Positions 1 through 11,545 of a stretch of DNA of 52,768 bases are shown here, piece by piece (positions within the stretch are counted from its first letter, which is position 1; the number at the start of each line of letters is the position of its first letter). The position numbers were made by a program, and so were the translations under genes. Origin of the DNA: Nemertoderma westbladi (Eukaryota > Animalia > Xenacoelomorpha); contig JAUCBJ010005791.1 in the NCBI GenBank assembly GCA_032718475.1, positions 1 to 52,768 of the forward strand, given 5' to 3'. The notes under the pieces are model-generated. The model saw only the letters and a list, made by a program, of their open reading frames with translations, did no database searches and had not been told where the DNA came from.

Positions 1-49
1 TGGGTGGAAGCCTTTGTAAATAAGGTTATTCTTATCAGTTTTCAGTGTT

Positions 50-900
50 GTTGGTCTTTCTGTCCTGAGCCAGGAGAGAGCGGCTTGGAAATATTTTGTG
101 CTTTTCTGTTTTAGTCTAACACTAGTAGGCTTAATTATAAGGACATATATCCGTTATCTGATGTCTGATCACTGATGAACTAAACATAACATACCATACC
201 TAATCAAACAACCTGTGCATACTTTTATATTGTTATACTGCTATTTACTGTCAGTTCTTCATGATATGGTTGATGAATTATTATATTTGGAATAACGATA
301 AATAACCCCGAAAACCCAATATTCTTGATATACCGAAGGTAAGAGAGAAAGGTTACATATAACGATTGTGACTTATGTTAAAGTGGTTTGAAGTGAATCT
401 AATGTTATTTGATAGACCCTACATGAGTCGGTCCGTGTTCCTTTTATATGTGGCTAAAATCAGTGAAGATCGGCAGATCAGTGTGCAGTATTGTGCAGCA
501 TTGTGTATGAGTGAGTCTGATAACGAAGCATTTCCTAAAGAATGCGCCATATATGTGAATTATAACTAAGCCATATCGTTGTGAGTAGTTTAAGTCATAA
601 CTCTGTTTATATAGATAGAGCGCCACGTCCTAAAGGAACTGTTAATATTTCCCGAAGGTGAATAATATTGTCAGAGATTATATAATACTGTCAGTCGAAT
701 AATACATTAAGCTTACATAGCAATAAGATTAAGCCGTCGAACCCAATCTCCCGGGTATATCCAGCGGGTGAATGATCGCGCACAGATTGGTTTCGACTAG
801 TGTAGTGAATCAAATACTTGTCATAGGCTAAAAGTGATTTATTATCTAAAAGACATCCTAATTTGGCGGGTTAAACTGCCAAAGGTCTGAAAGCGCGAAC
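50..900. repeat. Diverged interspersed repeat; inverted homolog at about 7860..8760
   Basis: Blocks such as GCGCCACGTCCTAAAGGAACTGTTAATATTTCCC (about 620) and GATCGGCAGATCAGTG (about 467) recur reverse-complemented at about 8097-8130 and about 8272-8287. Many mismatches and indels lie between blocks, and there is no convincing ORF. Confidence 0.75.
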
Positions 901-970
901 AAAGGTGGAACAGTAACCTTCGAATTTGTTCGTTGCCGTTCGAATTTGTAAGACTCTCATTTAAGACCTG

Positions 971-1366
971 ACACAGACTATGCCTCACTGAGGCACTGAG
1001 GCACAGACTGCCTCTCTGAGGCACAGACTATGCCTCACTGAGGAACTGAGGCACAGACTATGCTTCACTGAGGCACAGACTATGCCTCACTGAGGCATAG
1101 ACTATGCCTCACTGAGGCATAGACTATGCCTCACTGAGGCACTGAGGTATAGACTATGCCTCACTGAGGCACAGACTATGCCTCACTGAGGCACAGACTA
1201 TGCCTCACTGAGGCACAGACTATGCCTCACTGAGGCACAGACTATGCCTCACTGAGGCACTGAGGCATAGACTATGCCTCACTGAGGCATAGACTATGCC
1301 TTACTGAGGCACTGAGGCATAGACTATGCCTCACTGAGGCACAGACTATACCTCACTGAGGCACAG
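971..1366 (+). repeat. 22-bp minisatellite CACAGACTATGCCTCACTGAGG (left arm)
   Basis: Direct reading. Each unit contains the palindrome GCCTCA-C-TGAGGC. Confidence 0.95.
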
Positions 1367-1615
1367 ATTAAATAGCCGAGTTAAATTGCATTATATGAAC
1401 AATAAATTACAATATACGAGCACAAAAGAGTTTACAAGCACAGGTTCAAATCCAACTAAAGCTCTATATATTTTGCATTGAAGTGGAATACTTTAGATGA
1501 TGGGGGAATCTGGTTTGCGAGGGATATTTGAATGGTGAGTATAACTATCCTTGAGAGTTAGTGTGACATTATCTCACCATGGATGATTTACCACTGTACT
1601 CGCATCTGCTCTCTC

Positions 1616-1741
1616 ATTGGCTGTCTAACTTTCCTCCTTCGAGTCCTGATTGGCTGCCTAACTCACCCTCGCACTCTGATTGGATAATACATTCTAGCCT
1701 CCTTCTATAATAGCCCCTGTTCACCGCATTCCCATTCATTC
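1616..1741 (+). promoter_or_regulatory. Putative Pol II promoter: three reverse CCAAT boxes, TATA-like element and Inr
   Basis: ATTGG at 1616, 1649 and 1679 (spacing 33 and 30 bp), TATAA at 1706, TCATTC at 1736 about 30 bp downstream of the TATA-like element. Oriented toward ORF 3024. Confidence 0.5.
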
Positions 1742-1813
1742 TCTAATTTTTATTTTAAAAAGTTTTATTTATTTTCATAAAAGTTTTATTTAATTAAAAT
1801 TTTGTAAAATCAT

Positions 1814-2974
1814 GGATGATTCTAAATTAGGAAAACACTAGTAAAACAGTAAAACACTAGGAAAACATAGGAAAAGTACTGTAAAACACACGGAAAACAG
1901 TGAAAATATTGATCAGCAGGGAATTTAACACATGTACTTCTCTGAATTGACAATCCTAAATGTACTCCTCGCATAGCACCCCTTAAGTAATCACCGTAAA
2001 ACATAGGGAAAACACTATAAAAACACTATAAACCTTCCGGAAAATAGTGAAAAAATTGATCAGCATTAAATTTTACCTATATGCTGCAAAAAAATAAATT
2101 GAAAGAGTCTAATTCTGCCCAGAAAGCTTGTTGCCAGGCAACCAAAGAACTGTAACCAATCAGCATACGGTGCAGTATCAGTACAGCAGTACTATCGTTG
2201 TTTTACCAGTCAGTCGGTAGAGGCGCAAAGTACCAGTATTGCTGTATTCTGGTAGGCCTATTACCTGATTACAGATTACAGTATTAGTGCTGTAGTGCAG
2301 TAGTGTAATGCTGTAATGTAATGTAATGCTGTAATGTCCCATGGCTATGGCACTATCTCTGTAACCAGGCTGCCAGGCTGTCTTAATACTGTAATGCTTA
2401 CCGGTACTACTCAGCTACTAAATATAGAAATATTTACAGCTTTAACTAACCCTAACAATACTGCAATATCTGAATACTGGAATACACTACTGCACTACAG
2501 CACTAATACTGTAATCAGGTAATAGGCATACCAGAATACAGCAATACTGGTACTTTGCGCCTCTACCGACTGACCGGTAAAACAACGATAGTACTGCTGT
2601 ACTGATACTGCACCGTATGCTGATTGGTTACAGTTCTTTGGTTGCCTTGCAACAAGCTTTCTGGGCAGTATTAGACTCTTTCAATTTATTTTTTTGCAGC
2701 ATATAGGTAAAATTTAATGCTGATCAATTTTTTCACTGTTTTCCGGAAGGTTTATACTGTAGTGTTTTTATAGTGTTTTCCCTATGTTTTACGGTGATTA
2801 CTTAAGGGGTGCTATGCGAGGAGTACATTTAGGATTGTCAATTCAGAGAAGTACATGTGTTAAATTTCCTGCTGATCAATATTTTCACTGTTTTCCGGGT
2901 GTTTTACAGTACTTTTCTTATGTTTTCCTAGTGTTTTACCGTTTTATTAGTGTTTTCCTAATTTAGAACTATCC
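1814..2974. mobile_element. Non-autonomous Mutator/foldback-type MITE with ~490-bp TIRs and 9-bp TSD
   Basis: Arms 1814..~2305 and ~2485..2974 are near-perfect reverse complements with GGAT...ATCC termini. TAAAATCAT is duplicated at 1805-1813 and 2975-2983. Confidence 0.9.
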
Positions 2975-3023
2975 TAAAATCATTTAGCTAAAATTCAATA
3001 TTATCAATTGACATTGCTATATA

Positions 3024-4265
3024 ATGCATAGACATGAAAGTTGTTTGGTTTGTACTAAAGAAATGAGACAAGACAATCTATCTCGTCATATGGAAACACA
3101 TAGAAAGGAAAAGCGAATGGATCTGTTACCAAAAAAATTTAAAAAATCCGAAGATATTTTTAGTGAAGATGAAAAGAAAAAGAGAGATGGGCGTGATATA
3201 TTAAAGATAAAACAGACAATGGCAAATAAATTTCATAAAGGTATTAATATTTTGAAAGGGATACAAAAACAGTTACCCCGAGAAAAAGAGGAAAATTTGA
3301 GTGAGAAAGATGAAGAAGAAGAGGACGATGAGATGGAGAATGAAAATAGTGAGGGTCAGGATGAAGTTGAAGAGAGTGAAGTTGAGAACGAAGAAAGTGA
3401 AGATCAGGAAGAGGATGAAGAAAGTGAAGGTCAAGAAGAGGGTGAAGAAAGCGAAGGTCAGGAAGAGAATGAAGAAAGTGAAGAACAGGAAGAGGATGAA
3501 GAAAGTGAAGATCAGGAAGAGGATGAAGAAAGTGAAGGTCAAGAAGAGGGTGAAGAAAGCGAAGGTCAGGAAGAGAATGAAGAAAGTGAAGAACAGGAAG
3601 AGGATGAAGAAAGTGAAGAACAGGACGGGGATGAAGAAAGTGAAGGTGGGGAAGAGGATGAAGAAAGTGAAGGAGGGGAAGAGGATGAAGAAAGTGAAGG
3701 TCAGAAAGAGGGTGAAGAAAGTGAAGATCAGGAAAGTGAAGAAGAGGATGTAAATGATGATAATGAGGAAATAATGAGACAAATACTTGGAAATAAGAAT
3801 CAATTGCGGAAAATTATTAAACATTTGAAGGAAAATGAAGAAAATAAAGAGGCGACATTGACCCAAGTTCTAGGAAGTAAAATTAAATTACAGAAATTTA
3901 TTAAACATTTAGAAGAGAGTGATGAAAATAAAGAAGAGATATTGAGACAAATATTAGGAAACAAAAATCAATTGCGGAAATGTATTAAACAAATGGAAGA
4001 AAATGAGGAAAATAGAGAAGAGATATTAAGACAGGTTCTGGGAAATAAAAGTAAATTATTGAAAATTGATAAACAATTGAATAAAATTAAGAAACAGTTG
4101 GGTAATGAGGAAGATGAAAGTAAAGTAAATCAACCAGCTTTTACTAATTTTCGAAGACCTATGATAAAAAAACTCTCGTTCAGTATATGCCCGCGCAGGA
4201 CGATGCTATTGACATTTGTTTGTTTGAGTTCCTTTCATAATAGTATTAGGGCTATTTATCCATAA
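3024..4265 (+). CDS. Intronless orphan ORF: N-terminal C2H2 zinc finger, long Glu/Asp 10-aa repeat tract, four 28-aa helical repeats
   Basis: 413-aa ORF. CLVCTKEMRQDNLSRHMETH fits C-x2-C-x12-H-x3-H. EESE(G/D/E)QEE(D/G/N) repeats are followed by EE(I/T)LRQ(I/V)LGNKxxLxKxIKxL-like repeats x4. Promoter-like motifs lie upstream and AATAAA at about 4700. Confidence 0.6.
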   Translation: MHRHESCLVCTKEMRQDNLSRHMETHRKEKRMDLLPKKFKKSEDIFSEDEKKKRDGRDILKIKQTMANKFHKGINILKGIQKQLPREKEENLSEKDEEEEDDEMENENSEGQDEVEESEVENEESEDQEEDEESEGQEEGEESEGQEENEESEEQEEDEESEDQEEDEESEGQEEGEESEGQEENEESEEQEEDEESEEQDGDEESEGGEEDEESEGGEEDEESEGQKEGEESEDQESEEEDVNDDNEEIMRQILGNKNQLRKIIKHLKENEENKEATLTQVLGSKIKLQKFIKHLEESDENKEEILRQILGNKNQLRKCIKQMEENEENREEILRQVLGNKSKLLKIDKQLNKIKKQLGNEEDESKVNQPAFTNFRRPMIKKLSFSICPRRTMLLTFVCLSSFHNSIRAIYP

Positions 4266-4370
4266 CAAATATATTAGTATTAGGGCTATGTATCCATAAC
4301 AATTATATTAGTATTAGGAGTATTATCCTTAATTATTATATTAGTATTAGGAGTATTTACCCACAATATT
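4241..4370 (+). repeat. ~34-bp tandem repeat (TAGTATTAGGGCTATTTATCCATAACAAATATAT-like), 4 degenerate copies
   Basis: Direct reading; overlaps the stop of ORF 3024. Confidence 0.8.
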
Positions 4371-5033
4371 TATTACTACAGTCCCTATCTCATTCTAGAT
4401 ACCGTTTCTCAAACTGGGTACCTTTTCTCTTACCTCACTCTTACTAACTCAAACCTGTCTGAATTACTCAAACCCAACTCAAACTCGCGTAACCACCCAC
4501 TGTGCACTGTGTAGCATTCATACAACAAGCTGTCTGTGTTTAATGGCCCACTCGCTTCTGTTATACTCTGCCTACGGGTTTGATGGTCTCCTGCTGTTAT
4601 AACATTCCCTAAACTTGATTTGTTTGTGTGTAATTAACTCCAGTAGACAGTGAGAATTAAATTGCAGACTCAGTGACTCAATTTATTTTTAAATTTCAGA
4701 ATAAAAAAAATATATGCTAAATTATTAAACTGAAGATTTATTAATTTTTTATTACATTTATTAAGTATGTATGACTCATAACATATTAACGTTATTTTAC
4801 ATTAAAATATAACCAACCAATTTTATAAATTTATTTTAATGTCGCGTATATTTCGCTAATGTTGTTTAACTTTAATGTTTTACTAATGTTTAATTCTCTA
4901 TTACATCGTCAACACAATTATTCGCAATACATGCTAAATATATAGAGCTTTAGTTGGATCTGTGCTTGTAAACACTTTTGTGCTCGTATATTGTAATTTA
5001 TTGTTCATATAATGCAATATAACTCGGCTATTT

Positions 5034-5367
5034 AGTCTGTGCCTCAGTGAGGTATAGTCTGTGCCTCAGTGCCTCAGTGAGGCATAGTCTGTGCCTCAGT
5101 GAGGCATAGTCTATACCTCAGTGCCTCAGTGAGGCATAGTCTGTGTCTTAGTGCCTCAATGAGGAATAGTCTGTGCCTCAGTGAGGCATAGTCTGTGCCT
5201 CAGTGCCTCAGTGAGGCATAGTCTGTGCCTCAGTGACGCATAGTCTGTGCCTCAGTGAGGCATAGTCTGTGCCTCAGTGAGGCATAGTCTGTGCCTCAGT
5301 GAGGCATAGTCTGTGCCTCAGTGAGGCATAGTCTGTGCCTCAGTGTCTCAGTGAGGCATAGTCTATG
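5034..5367 (-). repeat. 22-bp minisatellite (right arm, inverted)
   Basis: (CCTCAGTGAGGCATAGTCTGTG)n, the reverse complement of 971..1366. Confidence 0.95.
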
Positions 5368-5436
5368 TCAGGTCTTAAATGAGAGTCTTACAAATTCGAA
5401 CGGCAACGAACAAATTCAAAGGTTACTGTTCCACCT

Positions 5437-5505
5437 TGGTGTAGTGGTTGCGTTGAATTCACATCTCCCGTATGTCATGGGTTCGATCCCCGCATGAACC
5501 AGGGC
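5437..5505 (+). mobile_element. tRNA-derived SINE-like head
   Basis: A-box TGGTGTAGTGG and B-box GGTTCGATCCC; related copy at about 38409..38478; no complete cloverleaf. Confidence 0.6.
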
Positions 5506-5562
5506 AGTTTTCGTTCGGTCAGCAATAGGCCTAACTTTGCAAAATGCAAAATTGCCTTGTAA

Positions 5563-7045
5563 CCAATTCATGGCTACTATATGGTTTTCACTTTGAGACA
5601 TTTCGCCCTCTAGCGGCAGAATGGGGAACTTCAGACAACTCTGTGACTCTGCAAAAGATATAGCCTATATTGTAATAGATACCGCCTGGGGGGTCAAAAT
5701 TAAGTAATAATATATCTAAATAAGTCTCAAACATCTTGCCTCATGGCTCGCCCCGCAGAACTCTTAAGCAATATGGTTTCATCGTTTTTAAGGCAAACTG
5801 GTAAACGAGATTTGTTAATTACGCATACCTCGCAGGCTTAAGTAATTAATTATACAGTAGGTTAGATCGTTTTGAGAATAGGACCATTGGAAACCGAGCC
5901 CTCGATAACCTCAGTAGGCCTACAAAGAAAATTAATACAGATTAACCGGATATAGCTTGTTATTATAAAACATAAATTATAATATAGTAGAACAATTAGG
6001 GTTGTAAATAAAAACGAATTAAATTGAAGATAAACTGTATATAAACTTATGTATTAAAAGAGGGCCTTATTTAATTATACAGTATACTGAAAATGATTAG
6101 CAATACCATAATTAGATTATCGATAGGGATGCGGCTTCCTTAAATGAGGCAATCCTGACGCAACACAAAGAATTTTAAGAGGGCCCCCCGATAAATTGCT
6201 CATTCGTGCTTAACTGGTAACCTAGGCGATAGCTTGCATGTAACTTCTTGTCTTAAGTTTAGGCCCTTCGCTAACATTAACTCCAAAATAGTTACCAGTA
6301 ATGGAGCTGTATACCCTAGGGCTAAATAAGGCTGCAAGTCTATGGTTAGATGGTTCCAATAATGACGTCATTATCATCGGTGTGTAATATATAAACTGTT
6401 TATTGTTAAAGCTAAAAATAGAAACCAATATATAAAGTCAAAGTAATATAATTAATTAAGTCAAAATAAATGCAAATAAATAAAGTAAAATTAAATTCAA
6501 ATAATTAATTAAAATGAAATATATATTAAATAAATTAAAATTAAATACAAATAAATAAGTATTAATAAATAAAAGAGCCGCGGTACCAATTCATAGCTAC
6601 TGTATGGTTTTCACCTGGAGACATTTCGCCCTCTAGCGGCAGACAGGGGAACTTCAGACAACTCTATGACTCCGCAAAAGATATGGCCTATGCCGTAGTA
6701 GATGCCTACCGAGTTTAAACCTATTCGGAATGAAAATAACAAAGTTAGAGAATTCAGATAATACACCCTCTAGCGGCAGGCTATAGAACTGCAGACGGCT
6801 GGATATAGGTAAGTGTAATTAGTTAACATTAAGGGAGCTGTATACTCTAGGGCTAAGTATAACGAGGTGAAAGTCAATGAGGTCATTTAGAAACCAATAT
6901 ATAAAACTAATTATTGGTAAATCTAAAATTAAGTGCAAATAAATAAAGTAAAATTATAAACAAATAATTAATTAAAATAAATACAATTAATTAATTAAAA
7001 TTAAGTACCAATAAATAAGTATTAATAAATAAAAGAGCTGCGGTG
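5563..7045. repeat. Locally duplicated repeat modules (5563..5675 ~ 6586..6695; 6303..6584 ~ 6834..7044)
   Basis: CCAATTCATRGCTACTRTATGGTTTTCAC...TTTCGCCCTCTAGCGGCAGA... occurs twice. GGAGCTGTATAC(C/T)CTAGGGCTAA plus an AT-rich block ending AAAAGAGCYGCGGT also occurs twice. Confidence 0.8.
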
Positions 7046-7060
7046 TCACTTATGACACCC

Positions 7061-7342
7061 TCTTGGCCCTCTAGGCGACAGTTAGACAACACTGACACCA
7101 TTGCGTATCGGATTGATTAATTAGGATAATCAATTAAACCCTAATTAGGAGTCATAAGACACCTATTAGGGTTTAATTGTACTAATTAATTGATGACACC
7201 TGTCAATTAGGGTCTAATTAGCCTAATTAGGAAGTGTCACCCAGACAGTCTGGTGCCAATGACACCCACATGGAACATTGTGTGTCACCCAGACAGTCTG
7301 GCGCCAGTCAGTGTGGTCTAACTGTCGTCGAGCCGGCCAAGA
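7061..7342. mobile_element. Small TIR element (MITE-like)
   Basis: TCTTGGCC...CGACAGTTAGACAACACTGAC is mirrored by GTCAGTGTGGTCTAACTGTCG...GGCCAAGA. Confidence 0.6.
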
Positions 7343-7377
7343 CTCTACTACTCACCACCTTTACTTTTATATTACAG

Positions 7378-7435
7378 GTATAATTCTTCAACCTAATGAT
7401 TTGTTGGTAGGCCCTACTGATGGAAAGCTGGCCAT
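7378..7435 (+). CDS. Putative internal exon of an unidentified upstream gene (xIILQPNDLLVGPTDGKLA)
   Basis: Pyrimidine-rich acceptor ...TTTTATATTACAG, open frame, donor AT|GTAAGG. Phase 2 matches the exon at 9648. Confidence 0.45.
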
Positions 7436-7859
7436 GTAAGGATTCCTAATTTAATTGAAATATGAATTTGGTTATGTAATACTGTAGCTTAGATTTGGGC
7501 TTAATAATGTTGCATGGTTTTTGCACCTACTGTACAGTGTACACGCGAGGATATTTTATTACATTTAATAATTACATCATTATCATTATTATCTGTATAA
7601 GTTTTATCTATCTGTAATGTGCTGTATTTACACCAAGTTTTTAATTGCTTTAAATATTTAAAGGGAAAGTTTAACTATTTCTAAATGAATCTGGTGCTGC
7701 TATTTTATTTACCCAAATCCTGTTTAATGTTGTTTCAAGTGAGAAATTACAACACAAAGTTTACATAATTTTTCAAGGTTATATTTTTCTCTTGATTTAT
7801 TTTCAAACTCGCTTGTTATTTACTTTCACATCAGACCTAGGGTGTATTGCCGCTGAAAG

Positions 7860-8760
7860 ATTGTGTTCGCGCTTTTAGACCTTTAGCAGTTTAACCTGCC
7901 AATTTTAATTGTCTTTTTTGTATATCACTTATTTAATGTACTGAAGTTACATCAGCCGAAGCCAGCCTGTGCGCGACCATTCACCCACAGTTAAGGGAGA
8001 CTGGATTCGGATGCTTTGATAGTGATTGCAGTGTAGACCTACTGTATTATTCGATTGATCGTCAATATATAATCTCTGACAATATATTTACTTTCGGGGA
8101 AATATTAACAGTTCCTTTAGGACGTGGCGCTTTAAGTATAAAACAGAGTTATGACTTATACTAATCACAACTGGATGGCTACTGAGTTTCGTAAAAAGCG
8201 CATTCTTTAGGAGGTGCTTTATTAACCTTCACACTACTTCACACGACTTCACACTAGTTCAGACTACTGCGCACTGATCTGCCGACCGTCACTGAATTTG
8301 ATCATATATAAGGAGGATCGCAACTGACACATGTAGGGATTATGAAATAGCATTTAATTCACACAAAAACCACTATAATGTAAGTCGCAGTTGCTACCGG
8401 TAAACCTGTTCCTCTAACCTTTAGTAATCAAGAAGATTGGGGGTTTTATGATTATTCATCGGTATTCTCCAAATATATCAGCAATATACACCAACATAAC
8501 ACCAATTAATAACAGAATCAAATAATGCGGTGAACAGTCAGTATGTGTTACTTATGCAGTGTTCCATGTGCAGCAATGCATGAATTGCGGTGTGATGCGG
8601 TAGTTGAATCTCGTTGCGTAGTGCCGCGTTAATAGTTTTACGTTCTTGTAATCAAAGCCATCTGATGTTTCTGATGTTTAGGTCAAAGTCTGAAACTTCC
8701 AACACAGAAGTACAGAAGAATTTCCAAGCAGTTCTCTCGCTCAGAAAGGTAAACAAAGAC
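7860..8760. repeat. Inverted diverged copy of the 50..900 repeat
   Basis: See the 50..900 entry. Confidence 0.75.
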
Positions 8761-9647
8761 CGTAATGCATTGCGCGGTTTTCCGTAGGCCTCTGTACAAG
8801 ATAAAATGAAAATCGCTCTGATTGGCTGAGCGAGCTGAACAAAGAGATGTTATGTTCCACGTTTACAGTAAATCAGCTGACAGATTTCGTCATCTGAGTT
8901 CCAGTCTTTAGAGTATTAAGCGCATTGCGGCAGAGAATGGCTTGTTATGTCCGCTAAAACACCCACACGGTACATTGCGGAGAAAATGGCTTGTTATGTC
9001 CGCTAAAACACCTACACGGTATATTGCGGAGAAAATGACTGGTTATATCCGCAAAAGCTTTTACAGCTTGCAAAGTTTTTTTTATCGAGTTTCGACCCGG
9101 GGGGAGGGGGATATAATTATCAATAAAAGAAAAGGAGCAGGTTACAGTGGCAAGTTATTCTAACCAAAACAATACAAAATAAAACTAATCTACGTCGATT
9201 TCCCCCTGTAGAGGTATGAATTTTGATTGCGTTGAATACAACCCCCCCCCCCCCCCCCCCTAATCTGCGAGTTTCAATTTGGAACAATTTTAATCCTGTT
9301 TGATTACGCTAACCTTTGGTGATTGATGCAAGGATGATATATTTATGGAAGAATGTAATTTAAAAAAGTAGTTTGTGGCTGAACAGTCCGTGTACTACAG
9401 TTGGAACGCTAATTTTCTTCCAACTTACTGACATTTCTTGTACAGTTGGTATACAGCAATAGGGTTCAAATAGGAGATTTATCAACAATCGAATAGCTGA
9501 GAGATAATGAATCTTAACCTAAAATAATTTTATTTATTCATATAATTTATGTTGAGTAACACTCAGCTTGACATTGCTATTAATTATTTAAATTATTAGC
9601 TTTTCCGTTTCTATCTCACTTAATGGTATATCGATTTTTTCCCACAG

Positions 9648-9702
9648 TTATTATGTCGGACAGGATGGGATGCGCTGTCCACATGGCCCTCTGAGAAGGT
9701 AA
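9648..9702 (+). CDS. Putative last (or internal) exon of the unidentified upstream gene (IYYVGQDGMRCPHGPLRR*)
   Basis: Acceptor TTTTTTCCCACAG; in frame with 7378..7435; TAA at 9700-9702. An alternative donor AG|GTAACA lies at 9698/9699. Protein not recognised. Confidence 0.45.
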
Positions 9703-10242
9703 CATATGGTGGTAGGCTACGAAGAATGGGTTGCGCCCTGCGTTTTAACACAATATGTTTAGATAGATTCGTTTCTTAGTCACTTTCAAGACGAACACGC
9801 AGGAAATACACAATTTGTAGACAATTTGTAGTTACAGAGTCAAATTTATTATTTACACATTTTAAAAGGAACAATGAAAGTTAATTCAATCTAAAACTAT
9901 ATATTTCATAACGAATAATTCAGCTATTGATGACGTTTTTAGTAAATGGAAGGGCCAAGGGCTGATTTTCGAGACAGGGGAGGAAACTCGACGCAAAACC
10001 CGTCTCAATGTTAAATCCTCTATTTAAGGAAAGGAGCAGGTTACAGTGGCACGATATTTTAACCAAAACATTAAACTAAACTCAATAGAACAGGTAACTG
10101 TTTTATTTTAGAGAGTAATCAGCTATTATTTGCGTCCAATTTCCCCTGGAGAGGGATGAATTTTTATTGCGTGAGGTTTCCCCCCCTATCTGTGATTTTC
10201 ATATACAGTGATAGAAATAGAATAACATTATCGGATAAATTA

Positions 10243-10641
10243 TCATTATTGTTTTGTTTGTAATAAAACGCCGACAAAATTACGACAAAATGTTTGTAAG
10301 AGTGTAATTAGCAAGTCGTAGGACTTGATTACTGTAAGAATTGTTGGCTGATTGACTGGCTGGCTGGCTGGCTGACTGGCTGGCTGGCTGGCTGGCTGAT
10401 CTACAGCCAAAACTACTCTAACGATTTTGATGAAATTTTCACAGCGGCTAGATACCGCGATTCTAAGGTCCCTGGTATGTTCCGCTATTTCGTCCATGAG
10501 CCGTGGGCTCGAAAAATAGACATAAACGAAAAAACGCCATAGGCGCAATGGTAAAATAACACCAATGACAGCTTGTTGATGGAATTTACATTTGATTGAT
10601 GACTTCCGACTTGCTTAACGGCGTCTTGACGCCGTCTCTAG
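10243..10641 (+). mobile_element. Non-autonomous Helitron/HINE-like element
   Basis: Internal (CTGG)n microsatellite and a 3' hairpin ACGGCGTC-TT-GACGCCGT followed by CTCTAG|T. The 5' end is approximate. Confidence 0.65.
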
Positions 10642-10952
10642 TAAAATATTGTGATATATTGTCTACATTGTGATGTATAACTACTGTTGTTGGTTGAATT
10701 CATCAGTAGGCCTATTATACTGTGCCTACTACTGTAGTTTAACAATCAGAGGCGTTACCCTTTAGAAGCCATGTTTGTATAAGCGCACTGCAGTTTGATA
10801 CAGCCATGAGTAGTTTGATTTTGGGCGCGGTTTCAATTCTCTATAGTCATTATATCAGAGCGATATAACCAAGTAGGCCTATATATTGCGTTATTCAGTA
10901 TTAGTTATACAATGTTTGTTATATATATATTTATTTTGTAAATTATTGCAGG

Positions 10953-11182
10953 AAGATATATTTCTTGAATATATAAAAGATATATTTCTTGAATATATAA
11001 AAGATATATTTCTTGAATATATAAAAGATATATTTCTTGAATATATAAAAGATATATTTCTTGAATATATAAAAGATATATTTCTTGAATATATATATAA
11101 AACATATATTTCTTGAATATATATATAAAACATATATTTCTTGAATATATATATATAAAACATATATTTCTTGAATATAAAA
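10953..11182 (+). repeat. 24-bp AT-rich minisatellite (ATATATTTCTTGAATATATAAAAG)
   Basis: Direct reading; the later units are longer variants. Confidence 0.95.
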
Positions 11183-11224
11183 GAAACCGCCGTGGTAAGG
11201 GATCCGTTTTAGTGTATACAGTAT

Positions 11225-11480
11225 ATATTTGTAAGCATAAAATAATAAATATAATATTAATTTTAAATAAAACAGATCGACCTCAGAAAAAAACTATTTT
11301 ACTTTATTATATGAATTTGAATTTAATATTGAATATGAATTTGATTATAGGCCTACTTTGTTTGTTACTATTTTACTTTTTTTACTACTATATTTTTTCT
11401 GAGGTCGATCTAGGTTTATTTATAATAATATTTAAAATTAATATTATATTTATTATTTTATTCTTACAGCACAAATATAT
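11225..11480. repeat. AT-rich inverted repeat
   Basis: AGATCGACCTCAGAAAAAAA is mirrored by TTTTTTTCTGAGGTCGATCT, with mirrored AT-rich flanks. Confidence 0.75.
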
Positions 11481-11545
11481 ATTTATGTTGTATATATTAT
11501 TTACGCCCAGATTTCTTCTCGACAATTATTACTAATAACGTAGGC

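Larger units (their letters stand above)
902..5438. mobile_element. Foldback-like element: long inverted arms (902..~1478 and ~4931..5438) with an internal 22-bp minisatellite and a cargo ORF
   Basis: AAGGTGGAACAGTAACCTTCGAATTTGTTCGTTGCC at 902 is mirrored by ...GAACAAATTCAAAGGTTACTGTTCCACCTT ending about 5438. Both arms carry (CACAGACTATGCCTCACTGAGG)n. No target-site duplication (TSD) was seen. Confidence 0.65.

Noticed and set aside
971-1366. Resemblance of CTCACTGAGGC to the AAV ITR
   Set aside because: Only an 11-bp match, with no Rep-binding GAGC repeats and no parvoviral ORF.
1822-2966. Twin 60-aa ORFs on opposite strands
   Set aside because: A by-product of the MITE's inverted repeats; no recognisable domain.
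3273-3866. 197-aa Phe-rich minus-strand ORF and 150-aa Lys-rich alternative-frame ORF
   Set aside because: Shadow frames of the GAA-rich acidic repeat.
5437-5505. Functional tRNA genes here and at 38409, 26545 and 39819
   Set aside because: A/B boxes are present but the acceptor and T stems do not pair, so these are SINE-type heads.
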